Part shown: positions 12,450 through 24,900 of the stretch, piece after piece
Layout of the letters: every line of letters starts with the position of its first letter
Numbering within the stretch: position 1 is the first letter of the stretch
Assembly (NCBI GenBank): GCA_002269645.1
Contig: NIVC01001574.1
Coordinates: 1-64,000, forward strand
Reading direction: 5' to 3'
From: Macrostomum lignano
Lineage: Eukaryota
Length of the DNA stretch: 64,000 nt
Translations under genes and position numbers: made by a program
Notes under the pieces: generated by a model
Database searches by the model: none
What the model was told of the DNA's origin: nothing
Seen by the model: only the letters and a program-made list of their open reading frames with translations

Positions 12450-12644
12450 AACTTTGCAGACACTGGGGGGAGGACGCAGCTCTAGTCTTGATCCGGCAAA
12501 CGTTGGGGACAATTCAATGCTAATAAATTATGCTCTTGGTTATCGCTTGCAACTTCGAAATTAGTTAAATTCGAAATTTGGAAACTCATTCAATAACCAG
12601 ACAGCCGGAAAACAGGAAAATCTGTCAGAGTCAAATGATCAGAT

Positions 12645-13545
12645 AGTGAGAGAGTCAGATAGTGAGAGAGTCAGATAGTGAGAGAGTCAGATAGTGAGAG
12701 AGTAAGATAGTGAGAGAGTAAGATAGTGAGAGAGTAAGATAGTGAGAGAGTAAGATAGTGAGAGAGTCAGATAGTGAGAGAGTAAGATAGTGAGAGAGTA
12801 AGATAGTGAGAGAGTCAGATAGTGAGAGAGTAAGATAGTGAGAGAGTCAGATAGTGAGAGAGTCAGAGAATCAGAGAGTCAGAGAATCAGAGAGTCAGAG
12901 AATCAGAAAATCAGAGAATCAGAGAGTCAGAGAGTCAGAGAATCAGAGAGTCAGAGAATCAGAGAGTCAGAGAGTCAGAGAATCAGACAGTCAGAGAGTC
13001 AGAGAGTCAGAGAATCAGATAATCAGATAATCAGACAGTCAGAGAGTCAGAGAGTCAGAGAGTCAGAGAATCAGAGTCAGAGAATCAGAGAATCGGAGTC
13101 AGAGAATCAGACAGTCAGAGAGTCAGAGAATCAGACAGTCAGAGAGTCAGAGAATCAGACAGTCAGAGAGTCAGAGAATCAGAGAGTCAAAGGGCCAGAG
13201 AATCAGAGAGTCAGAGTCAGAGAATCAGAGAATCAGAGTCAGAGAATCAGAGAATCAGAGTCAGAGAATCAGACAGTCAGAGAGTCAGAGAATCAGAATC
13301 AGAGAATCATAGAGCCCGAGAGTCAGATAGTGAGAGAATCAAAGAATCAGAGTCAGAGAATCAGACAGTCAGAGAGTCAGAGAATCAGAGAGTAAGATAG
13401 TGAGAGAGTGAGAGAGTCAGAGAATCAGAGTCAGAGAATCAGAGAATCAGAGTCAGAGAATCAGAGAATCAGAGTCAGAGAATCAGAGAGTCAGAGAGTC
13501 AGAGAATCAGACAGTCAGAGAGTCAGAGAATCAGAGAGTCAGAGG
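12645..13545. repeat. Purine-rich 8-14-bp tandem repeats
   Basis: (gagagtcagatagt)n followed by (cagagagt/cagagaat)n. Confidence 0.92.
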
Positions 13546-13934
13546 GCAGTCCCTGCCTGAAGCCAGTGTCCTGAACTCGAGTCCGTCCATTCTTTTTCTT
13601 ATCCTCTTGACCGTCCATTTCCTGCGCTGCTTTCAGAAGAAACTCTCCAATTTCTCGCTGTCCCCCGCGCACTGCCTGGAATAAAGCAAAGCCTGCGGTG
13701 CTGCATTGCGCAACCCCGGCGGCCACAAGCCGCTGTCAGCGACAAGTGGCTGCACCGGGGGGATGGAGGTAATTAGCAGCAGGTTGATGGGGAACTGATT
13801 CCTAATGGCGGGAGGATGGGGCGTGGAGGATTCTGGGCCAATCCGGTGTGGGCTTCTGCAGATTCTTTAAAGCACTGGCTTCTGAAATCGCCTTTGGTCT
13901 GAACTCGCCAGCTGGTCAGCAGAGTCAGGGAGTG

Positions 13935-16900
13935 ATGTTGCTTGGCGGAGGCTGGAGGCTGCTGTTCTCAGGGTCGGTCAGCTCCTTGTCGTCGGCGTCC
14001 ACCGCCACCACGTCGACTCACAAGCTGGCGCAGCCCGCCCGGCTGCCAGAAGCGCCGGTCAGGCACCGCGGCACCGCCACAGTGGCGTGGCCTTCCGGCC
14101 TGCCCAGCTGCCCGACTGTACACAGCCCCACAGCCGCTCAGCTGCCGCCGCTGCGGCCGGCCCGGACTCCGACTGAGGCGAACGCTGATGATGATGAGGC
14201 AGCTGGGGCCAGGCTGACTGCCGAGGCTGCTGGAGTGACTGCGCTGAAATCTGGTGAGTGTTCAGTGCGGTAGCAGTGTCATGGACTGCTAATCTCTAGC
14301 TAGTGTCATGGACTGCTAATTAAGCTAGTCAACATCAAGAATGAGAAGTATAGAATGGATTGCTAATCTAGTCAACATCAAGAATGAGAAGTATAGAATG
14401 GATTGCTAATCTAGTCAACATCAAGAATGAGAAGTATAGAATGGATTTCAACATCAAGAATGAGAAGTATAGAATGGATTTCAACATCAAGAATGAGAAG
14501 TATAGAATGGATTTCAACATCAAGAATGAGAAGTATAGAATGGATTTCAACATCAAGAATGAGAAGTATAGAATGGATTTCAACATCAAGAATGAGAAGT
14601 ATAGAATGGATTTCAACATCAAGAATGAGAAGTATAGAATGGATTTCAACATCAAGAATGAGAAGTATAGAATGGATTGCTAATCTAGCTAGTCAACATC
14701 AAGAATGAGAAGTATAGAATGGATTGCTAATCTAGCCTAAATCAAACACGGCTGAACTTTCTTCTGAAATACGAAAATATACGTAAATAATTTCAAATTC
14801 ACCTCTCGCGCGCCAGCAAAAAGCAGAACCCAGTCGGTCTGAAAGGCAGTTATCAGCGGTCCAGAGGTCAAGTGTCAGTGCCAGATGTACTTTTATTAGT
14901 CCAGCAGGCCAGCGAGAAAGCGATGGCGGTTATTTGAATAAACGGAGAATCGCTGATGCGAGAGACTTTCTGCCTTCTGGGTTCGCAGTCTGGGTTCCAT
15001 ACCGGATTGAATGCTTGCAACATCCCCACTCTTTCTATGAAAGTTATTTCGCTTCCCAATATTCTGCTGGCTCGCAAGGGACTTGCGGTGACAACAAGAA
15101 AAGTTGGAATCTGCTCGGCACAAATTGCTTCATCTCTCTTCTAATCTTGATGGGGAATTGCGGAACGCAAGCGGCCGGCGTGCCGCCCCCAATTCAATTT
15201 CGTGTCGACCATTTTGGCCGCCAGCGACTTTTATGCGGCTTCGCCCCGGGGGGACCCGCGTGGGAAGTTTTCCCCATCTGATTAAGTGAGAACACTCGTG
15301 AGGACACTCACTTGAGCAGAGTGTCGTCTGGGTTCGGGGGAATTCGGATTTTTATAATAGCTCTTCGAGTGCTGCTTGCAACTTGCAAACAGGGTGTTGT
15401 TTAGGGGGTGCTGTTTTGAGGTGGGTGCTTTTTAGGGGTGGCTGTTTAGGGGTGGCTGTTTAGGGGTGGCTGTTTAGGGGTGCCTTTTTAGGGGTGGCTG
15501 TTTAGGGGTGGCTGTTTAGGGTGCTGTTTAGGGGTGGCTGTTTAGGGGTGGCTGTTTAGGGGTGGCTGTTTAGGGGTGGCTGTTTAGGGGTGGCTGTTTA
15601 GGGGTGGCTGTTTAGGGTGCTGTTTAGGGGTGGCTGTTTAGGGGTGGCTGTTTAGGGGTGGCTGTTTAGGGGTGGCTGTTTAGGGGTGGCTGTTTAGGGG
15701 TGGCTGTTTAGGGGTGGCTGTTTAGGGTGCTGTTTAGGGGTGGCTGTTTAGGGGTGGCTGTTCAGGGGTGGCTTTTTAGGGGTGGCTGTTTAGGGGTGGC
15801 TGTTTACGGGTGGCTGTTTAGGGTGCTGTTTAGGGGTGGCTGTTTAGGGTGCTGTTTAGGGGTGGCTTTTTAGGGGTGGCTGTTTAGGGGTGGCTGTTTA
15901 GGGGTGCCTTTTTAGGGATGGCTGTTTAGGGTGCTGTTTAGGGTGCTGTTTAGGGGTGGCTGTTTAGGGTGCTGTTTAGGGGTGGCTTTTTAGGGGTGGC
16001 TGTTTAGGGGTGGCTGTTTAGGGGTGGCTGTTTTGGGGTGGCTATTTAGGGGTGGCTGTTTAGGGGTGGCTTTTTAGGGGTGGCTGTTTAGGGGTGGCTG
16101 TTTAGGGTGGCTGTTTAGGGGTGGCTGTTTAGGGGTGGCTGTTTAGGGGTGGCTGCTTAGGGGTGGCTGTTTAGGGTGGCTGTTTAGGGGTGGCTGTTTA
16201 GGGGTGGCTGTTTAGGGGTGGCTGTTTAGGGGTGGCTGTTTAGGGGTGGCTGTTTAGGGGTGGCTGTTTAGGGGTGGCTGTTTAGGGTGGCTGTTTAGGG
16301 GTGGCTGTTTAGGGGTGGCTGTTTAGGGGTGGCTGTTTAGGGGTGGCTGTTTAGGGGTGGCTGTTTAGGGGTGCCTTTTTAGGGATGGCTGTTTAGGGTG
16401 CTGTTTAGGGGTGGCTGTTTAGATGCTGTTTAGGGGTGGCTGTTTAGGGTGCTGTTTAGGGGTGGCTTTTTAGGGGTGGCTGTTTAGGGGTGGCTGTTTA
16501 GGGGTGGCTGTTTAGGGGTGGCTTTTTAGGGTACTGTTTAGGGGTGGCTGTTTAGGGGTGGCTTTTTAGGGGTGGCTGTTTAGGGGTGGCTGTTTAGGGT
16601 GGCTGTTTAGGGTGGTGTTTAGGGGTGGCTGTTTAGGGTGGTGTTTAGGGGTGGCTGTTTAGGGGTGGCTGTTTAGGGGTGGCTATTTAGGGGTGGCTGT
16701 TTAGGGTGGCTGTTTAGGGGTGGCTGTTTAGGGGTGGCTGTTTAGGGGTGGCTGTTTAGGGTGCTGTTTAGGGGTGGCTGTTTAGGGGTGGCTGTTTAGG
16801 GGTGCTTTTTTAGGGGTGGCTGTTTAGGGGTGGCTGTTTAGGGTGGTGTTTAGGGGTGGCTGTTTAGGGGTGGCTGTTTAGGGGTGGCTGTTTAGGGGTG

Positions 16901-18546
16901 GCTGTTTAGGGGTGGCTGTTTAGGGGTGGCTGTTTAGGGTGGCTGTTTAGGGGTGGCTGTTTAGGGGTGGCTGTTTAGGGGTGGCTGTTTAGGGTGCTGT
17001 TTAGGGGTGGCTGTTTAGGGGTGGCTGTTTAGGGGTGCCTTTTTAGGGGTGGCTGTTTAGGGGTGGCTGTTTAGGGGTGCCTTTTTAGGGATGGCTGTTT
17101 AGGGTGCTTTTTAGGGGTGGCTGTTTAGGGGTGGCTGTTTAGGGGTGGCTGTTCAGGGGTGGCTGTTTAGGGTGCTGTTTAGGGGTGCTGTTTAAGGTGC
17201 TATTTAGGGTGCTTTTTAGGGGTGCTGTATAGGGGTGGCTGTTCAGGGGTGGCTGTTTAGGGGTGCTGTTCAAGGTGCGGTGCTATTTAGGGGTGGCTGT
17301 TTAGGGTGCTGTTTAGGGATGGCTGTTCAGGGGTGCTGTTTAGGGGTGCTGTTTTGAGGGCGCGGTTGTTTGTGAAGCTCTTAGAAATGTACCATTAGGC
17401 CACTTTTCTATCTTTAAGCATCTTGCGATCCCACAGCAGCTTGAATGCCAGTTTTTATCGCTATGAAAGATATCCTCACACTGCACTTTAATCACCAAGC
17501 CTCTCTCCTGCTTTCTCCCATGGCCAGAAGCCGAGCTCAAACTGTCAACCAAATGCAGCGGGACTCAGCTGACGGTTCACGGTGAGTTCTGCGGCTGGAA
17601 AAGAGGATAGCGGCACACATCAAAGAGAATCGGGGTAGCGGCACATCAAAGAGAATCGCGGTAGCGGCACATCAAAGAGAATCGCGGTAGCGGCACATCA
17701 AAGAGAATCGGGGGTAGCGGCACATCAAAGAGAATCGCGGTAGCGGCACATCAAAGAGAATCGCGGTAGCGGCACATCAAAGAGAATCGCGGTAGCGGCA
17801 TATCAAAGAGAATCGGGGGTAGCGGCACATCAAAGAGAATCGCGGTAGCGGTACATCAAAGAGAATCGCGGTAGCGGCACATCAAAGAGAATCGCGGTAG
17901 CGGCATATTAAAGAGAATCGGGGGTAGCGGCACACCAAAGAGAATCGGGGGTAGCGGCACATCAAAGAGAATCGCGGTAGCGGCATATTAAAGAGAATCG
18001 GGGGTAGCGGCACACCAAAGAGAGTCGCGGGTAGCGGCACATCAAAGGGCTCTCTAGCAGTGCTGATAAATGAAGTTTTGACATCGTATTTTCAATTTCT
18101 GCTCAAATTAATTCCGAACCATCACACTCGCTGCTTCAGTGATCGAAGCCAGAAACCTGCGCTCCGAACGGGGTCGCAAGTGCAGCAGCTTCGTCAGGGT
18201 GAGTGCTGCTCATTGATCGCTGATTTCAGTTCCAGATTCTATTTATCCATCTTCTCACTGTCAGCGGTCCTTGGCCTGACCTGCCGCTCCGCCCCGAACC
18301 CTGCAGGTGAGCTTCTGCCCCGAGAGCCGGCGGGGCGGTGGCGAGAAGTGCCAGACCGCCATCGTGCCCGACACGGACTTCCCGCTGTTCGACCGGCGGT
18401 TCACCTTGAACTTGCCGCCACCTGCGGCTGGAGAGGCCGGTTTTGCCGGCAAGAACTTGCTGGTGTCCGTGTGGAACCAGCTGGACCGAGAGGGGTGAGT
18501 CAATGAGATATATAGATAGTTAGTTAGTTAGTTAGTTAGTTCGTTC

Positions 18547-18578
<32 letters not shown>

Positions 18579-18580
18579 TT

Positions 18581-18619
<39 letters not shown>

Positions 18620-18629
18620 TTTAGTTATT

Positions 18630-18668
<39 letters not shown>

Positions 18669-18670
18669 TT

Positions 18671-18745
<75 letters not shown>

Positions 18746-18746
18746 T

Positions 18747-18834
<88 letters not shown>

Positions 18835-21034
18835 CTGACCATTCTCCCACTCAATCCCCACGCAGATTTTCAGAATTTCTCGGCTGTCTCACGTTTCCCC
18901 TGGACGGATTGGTGTCGACCAGCAAGGTGCGCTGCTTGTTGATACTACTGACCACTAGTATGCAATAGTAGTATAGCTAGAAAGTCGAGCATGTTTAATA
19001 ATTGGAGAGGGGAACCGTTCCAGCCAAACGCCTGGTACACCTTGATGAACGAGATGACTAGGACTGCTCAGCAGCCGCAGCCGCATCCGCAGCCGCCGCC
19101 GCCGCCGCCGCCGCCGCCTCAACGCCCATCGACGCACTCCGCTGGCAACGGCTTCGACCTGAAGTCGGTGTTGATCCGCCGTCCGCCTCGCAGCGGCCTC
19201 GGCTTCACTGTGTCCGGCTCAGCGCCCTGCCACGTCAGCAAGGTGGAGCGCCGCAGCCCGGCGGACGCTGCCGGAGTCCGCGCCGGGGACTACATTGTCA
19301 GCGTCGACTCTGTCGGCGTGTTTCACGCCAGCAACGAGGTCGTGGTCCGCCTGCTGCGCGGCGGCGACGCAAAGGTGCGGTTGGAGCTCGGCCGGCCGCG
19401 GCCGGTGGCCCGCAGCCCCAGCCTGCCGCTGAGCCGCCCGCCGCTGCCGCCCGCCAGCTTGCTGCCATCGGCGGCCACGTCGACGGCGCTGTCCGCGGCT
19501 GCCACCGCCGTTGCAGTCGAGGGTGGCGGCGGTGGCGGCGGCGGCATCCGACGGGATGTGAAGTCGCTCTACGATATTGTGAGTTGGGCCGGCAGATATT
19601 TGAAACCAGCATCAGATATTACTTTTTTCGATTAATAGGCCAATTAAGTGAGGTGGGTACTGGAAGGAGGGAGTGAGGTGGGTGCTGGGAGGAGGGAGTG
19701 AGGTGGGTGCTGGGAGGAGGGAGTGAGGTGGGTGCTGGGGGGAGGGAGTGAGGTGGGTGCTGGGGGGAGGGAGTGAGGTGGGTGCTGGGGGGAGGGAGTT
19801 ATGTGGGTGCTGGGGGGAGGGAGTGAGGTGGGTGCTGGGAGGAGGGAGTGAGGTGGGTGCTGGGAGGAGGGAGTGAGGTGGGTGCTGGGAGGAGGGAGTG
19901 AGGTGGGTGCTGGGGGGAGGGAGTGAGGTGGGTGCTGGGAGGAGGGATTGAGGTGGGTGCTGGGGGGAGGGAGTGAGGTGGGTGCTGGAAGGAGGGAGTG
20001 AGGTGGGTGCTGGGAGGAGGGAGTGAGATGGGTGCTGGGAGGAGGGAGTGAGGTGGGTGCTGGAAGGAGGGAGTGAGGTGGGTGCTGGAAGGAGGGAGTG
20101 AGGTGGGTGCTGGGAGGAGGGAGTGAGGTGGGTGCTGGGAGGAGGGAGTGAGGTGGGTGCTAGGATGAGGGAGTGGGGTGGGTGCTGGGAGGAGGGATTA
20201 AGATTTAGATTAAGAAAGCAATAGGTTCGCGTTGCAACTTTGGTAGCTTCTGAAGCAGTGTCTAGGACCTTCACTTACAACTTCATTCCAGTCCAGTTCG
20301 GTGCCCTCTAACCCCGCATCAGCCGCTCCGAGTCCATTGCAACCGCAGCCACAGGTGGCGCCAACCCCAGGTCCGCACCTGCACTTCTCCCACAACAACC
20401 GCATCTTCTGCCGCTCCCTCTCCTGCCTGTCGCATTCCGGCACGGTCTCGCTGGTAGAGTCCGGCCGCCTCACTCTCAGCCAGGCGTTCCTGTTCCCCGA
20501 CCTGCTGCTGATGGCGCGGCCGCGGTTCAGCGCAGATCACGAGCCGCTGACGCTGGTTCGAGAGCCGATTTGCACCCGTAAGATCGTCTGCTGCTCTGTG
20601 CCGCAGGGAGCGCCATGTGAGTATCTGAGTTTGCTGCCTGAATTCATGAGAGAGGTGGGTGATAGACAATGGTCGGGAGTGAGGCAGTTGAGGGTAGAAA
20701 TTCGGAGTGGGGTGGGTGCTGGATAATGGTCGGGAGTGAGGTGGGTGAGGGGTAGAAATGCGGAGTGGGGTGGGTGCTGGATAATGGTCGGGAGTAAGGT
20801 GGGTGAGGGGGGTAGAAACTCGGAGTGGGGTGGGTGCTGGATAATTGCGGGGAGTGAGGTGGGTCTTATCTTACTAATCGTATTCCCCTTTTCAAACCAG
20901 GCGAGGTCTGCCTGCAGTTTGTCGGACGCGGCGGTCGCAAGGAGATGCTGAGGCTGCGCTGCTCCCACGAGCTGGAGAGCCGGCAGTGGTGCCGCAGCAT
21001 CCAGCAGAAGCTGCTCAAGGCCCTGGTCTTCTGA
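13935..21034 (+). CDS. RGS3-like C2-PDZ-PH protein with no RGS domain (~577 aa). Exons 13935-14253, 17528-17581, 18140-18198, 18307-18494, 18866-18926, ~18985-19578, 20292-20616, 20901-21034
   Basis: C2: AELKLSTKCSGTQLTVHVIEARNL...CSSFVRVSF...LLVSVWN...SEFLGCLTFPL...WYTL. PDZ: GLGFTVSGSAPCHVSKVERRSPADAAGVRAGDYIVSVD. PH: FLFPDLLL...W-x3-I. Splice phases are compatible. The start codon and the exon-6 acceptor are uncertain. Confidence 0.8.
14325..14735. repeat. 33-bp tandem repeat (intronic)
   Basis: Unit caacatcaagaatgagaagtatagaatggattt. Confidence 0.95.
15400..17350. repeat. 14-bp G-rich minisatellite containing TTAGGG
   Basis: Unit tttaggggtggctg over ~1.95 kb, inside intron 1 of the RGS3-like gene. 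Confidence 0.97.
17605..18050. repeat. 26-27-bp tandem repeat (intronic)
   Basis: Unit agcggcacatcaaagagaatcgcggt. Confidence 0.95.
18515..18835. repeat. (TTAG)n microsatellite (intronic)
   Basis: Seen directly in the sequence. Confidence 0.97.
19650..20195. repeat. 25-bp G-rich tandem repeat (intronic)
   Basis: Unit gtgaggtgggtgctgggaggaggga. A related longer unit recurs at 20645-20865. Confidence 0.93.
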
Positions 21035-21966
21035 GCCAGCAGAGTTGAATGAAGAGTTGCTTCGGTGAAGAAAGATTTGTGATTTGTAAATAAATAAATA
21101 TTTGCAACAAGCAGTATCTATGAGAAACTCTTGCCTGAAGGTAAACAGAACATGATCACGCTTGAGCACTTTCATATTTTCAACTAGAAGCAGAAACGAT
21201 GTAGAAGTTTTGAAAACGTTCTTCTGGGCTGCTCAAATTGCCTACCTCAAAAAATGGTCGAGTTTGTAAATATAAATGGAATTGAGTTTCATAACAATTA
21301 AACAAATCTGTATTATCAGAGTCTTAATTAGAATTACAATGGATTGCTAATCTAGCCTCCAAATAAATAAAAGTAAGAATCAACATAAATTGTATTTATT
21401 TAGTTTTATTGCCGATGCATTTCGTCCATTTGCATTAAGACATCGTCAGGGTCTTTTTATTTAAGAAACAATTTGAACGAATATTCAGTATATATAGATA
21501 GTTGAGAGTACCAAGAGTAGTTGAATTGAGCTCAGCTAGCCTCCAAATGATTACAAAAAAGTCAAAACGAAAAAGAGCCAAGAGTGCAAGACAGAAATCG
21601 CCAAATCACGGCTTCAAGAAAGCGTCGCTCGTTTCCTCAACTTCACTTTACGAATAAATATTAGTCTTGCATTTTGCACCCGGCATTTCACGCGCAGGTC
21701 GCTCGCATTTTCCTGCCCCCACCTCTCCAAGATACCCTCAGCACATCTGGCACCCCAGCCGTTCATTGTTGTTGGGGGGGGGGCTGCTCAAGCTGGCCAG
21801 AGCAGAGCAGATGCCCGGCAGCTGTCTTGACAATGAGAAAGCTGAGGGCGCAGAAAGACAGGCGGGCTGGGCTGAGGGGCAGACTGAAGGCACCCATATG
21901 TAACAAAACTCAGCTCACAGCCAGAGGCAGAAATAAGGGAGGTGCTTTTTCTCTGCGCGATAGAAT

Positions 21967-24900
21967 ATGCGACTGTGGCTCACTCTGGGCCTTCTGCTGG
22001 CCACCGTCCTGCCAGCAACTGCCAGCAGCGACTTCGGCGCCACCTGCTCAGCTGTGGACTCCTTGGCTCGGCTCGCTGAGTTCTTCGCCAGGAACTCGCT
22101 GAAGATCGACGCCGACGGCTACTTTGGAGCCGCCATCGCCTTCCTGACCTTCGACTCGGCGCCCACCAGCTCCAGCGCTACGGAGCGTCGAGTTGCAGAT
22201 CTGTGCGGCGACGCTCAGGCCGCCGAGCTGCGTCGAGCTGTCGATCAGCTTCGACAAGTGCTGGTCGATTTTCGAGCTCGAGTAGGCGGGAAGAAGTCGA
22301 GAAGCGGTGGAGACTATGATGTTGAAACCTACTGGGGCATTTGCCGGCCTATGGAGGCTGTGATGCGGCGGCTGCTCAGTCAGAGGCGGTTTCGCTGGCG
22401 CTGGCTTGAAGACTCGGGACATCACGGAGCTGCGGTAGACGCTAAGCAGGCTCAGGCTTGGCTGAAGTCCTTGAAGAGTCGGTTGGTAGAGTACAATGAG
22501 CCCAGGGGCGACGCGTGCTTCAGGAGGATGTTGGCGAGTAGAAAGTGGAGGTGAGCGCTTGCTGATGAGGTGTCAGGCAAGTAGTGGAGGTTTCAGGCAA
22601 GTAGCGGATGTGTCAGGCAAGTAGTGGAGATGTCAGGCAAAGTATGGAGGTGTCAGACAAAGGATGGAGGTGTCAGACAAAGGATGGAAGTGTCAGACAA
22701 AGGATGGAGGTGTCAGACAAAGGATGGAGGTGTGAGACAAAGGATCAAGGTGTCAGACAAAGGATCAAGGTGTCAGACAAAGGATCAAGGTGTCAGACAA
22801 AGAATGGAGGTGTCAGACTGAACAGTACCAGAAAGTACGTTAAAACAACTACCGTAATTCGCTCCCCTCTACTCTGCTTCAGTCGTTCAGCCAGCTGCTC
22901 CGCCTCATCAGCCTGCAGGCGGATGTTTCTCAGCGCCGAGCCCAACAAGGGCTACGCCCTGACGCACCAGCTGATCTACTGGGCCGCCTCCATCGATGTG
23001 AGTTAACTCCAAATCCCAAGGTTCAGTAAAACATGGAGAAACATGGAGGGAGATAGTGGCATATAAATAATGCTTAGGTCTCGAGTGCATCCATTTTCGC
23101 CTCGAACTGGCACTCACTGCAGCGCAACTGCCACCTGAAGCTGTCCGATGGTCGGCCAGTGGACCGGGCTCTGCTGTCCGGCGCCTGTGGCCGAGTCCTG
23201 TCTGAGCACCGCCACATCTTGGCGCTGAACTCGCCAAGTAGCACCCTAATTGACTTGGCCTTGGAGCAGGGTGAGTCCCGCAATTGCAACCAGCGTTGAA
23301 GCAATTCTGCCCATGGATGGCTGTACACACTCACACACTGGCTGTTTTTGACATCCCTGCAATCGATCTTCTCGCTTCCAATCCAAGAGTTCAAGGGTCC
23401 ATGCTCTCTTGAAACTCCAAGTGTCCTTGGATGAAAACTTCGCCAGATTAGTTGATTGGTCGGTCGCGTTACCCCTGCTCTGACCACCCCTTAACTACAG
23501 CTGTCATCTGCGGCTCACTGGGCTACCGGGACTTCTTCACGGACTCGACCTTGCTACTCCTGCGCCGGCTGCAGGACGAGAGGCTGGGCTGCATCCCTGA
23601 GGAGATCGCGGCGTCAGTGACTTGGAAAAATGCCACGGTATTGCCGGGACGAAGGCTCATGCACAACACGGTGCTGAACGGTGAGATCTGGAGCTCTGCC
23701 AGCAGCCAGTCATTAGCTCCCAGTCAGTAGCTGGTCATTAATCTACAGTCAGTAGCTGGTCATTAACCTACAGTCAGTAGCCGGTCATTAACCTACAGTC
23801 AGTAGCTGGTCATTAACCTACAGTCAGTAGATGGTCATTAACCTACAGTCAGTAGCCGGTCATTAATCTGCAGTCAGTAGCTGGTCATTAACCTACAGTC
23901 AGTAGCCGGTCATTAACCTACAGTCAGTAGCTGGTCATTAACCTACAGTCAGTAGATGGTCATTAACCTACAGTCAGTAGCTGGTCATTAACCTACAGTC
24001 AGTAGATGGTCATTAACCTACAGTCAGTAGCCGGTCATTAACCTACAGTCAGTAGCTGGTCATTAACCTACAGTCAGTAGATGGTCATTAACCTACAGTC
24101 AGAAGCCGGTCATTAACCTACAGTCAGTAGCTGGTCATTAACCTACAGTCAGTAGATGGTCATTAACCTACAGTCAGTAGCCGGTCATTAATCTGCAGTC
24201 AGTAGCTGGTCATTAACCTACAGTCAGTAGCCGGTCATTAACCTACAGTCAGTAGCTGTTCATTAACCTACAGTCAGTAGCCGGTCATTAACCTACAGTC
24301 AGTAGATGGTCATTAACCTACAGTCAGTAGCCGGTCATTAACCTACAGTCAGTAGCTGGTCATTAACCTACAGTCAGTAGATGGTCATTAACCTACAGTC
24401 AGTAGCCGGTCATTAACCTACAGTCAGTAGCTGGTCATTAACCTACAGTCAGTAGATGGTCATTAACCTACAGTCAGTAGCCGGTCATTAACCTACAGTC
24501 AGTAGCTGGTCATTAACCTACAGTCAGTAGATGGTCATTAACCTACAGTCAGTAGCTGGTCATTAACCTACAGTCAGTAGCCGGTCATTAACCTACAGTC
24601 AGAAGCCGGTCATTAACCTACAGTCAGTAGATGGTCATTAACCTACAGTCAGTAGCCGGTCATTAACCTACAGTCAGTAGCCGGTCATTAATCTGCAGTC
24701 AGTAGCTGGTCATTAACCTACAGTCAGTAGCCGGTCATTAACCTACAGTCAGTAGCTGGTCATTAACCTACAGTCAGTAGATGGTCATTAACCTACAGTC
24801 AGTAGCTGGTCATTAACCTACAGTCAGTAGATGGTCATTAACCTACAGTCAGTAGCCGGTCATTAACCTACAGTCAGTAGCTGGTCATTAACCTACAGTC

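Noticed and set aside
14860-15330. Short ORFs and splice-like sites inside RGS3-like intron 1
   Set aside because: No recognisable domain and no phase-consistent model.
15400-17350. True telomere or chromosome-fusion scar
   Set aside because: The unit is 14 bp rather than pure TTAGGG, there is no head-to-head inversion, and exons of one gene flank it.
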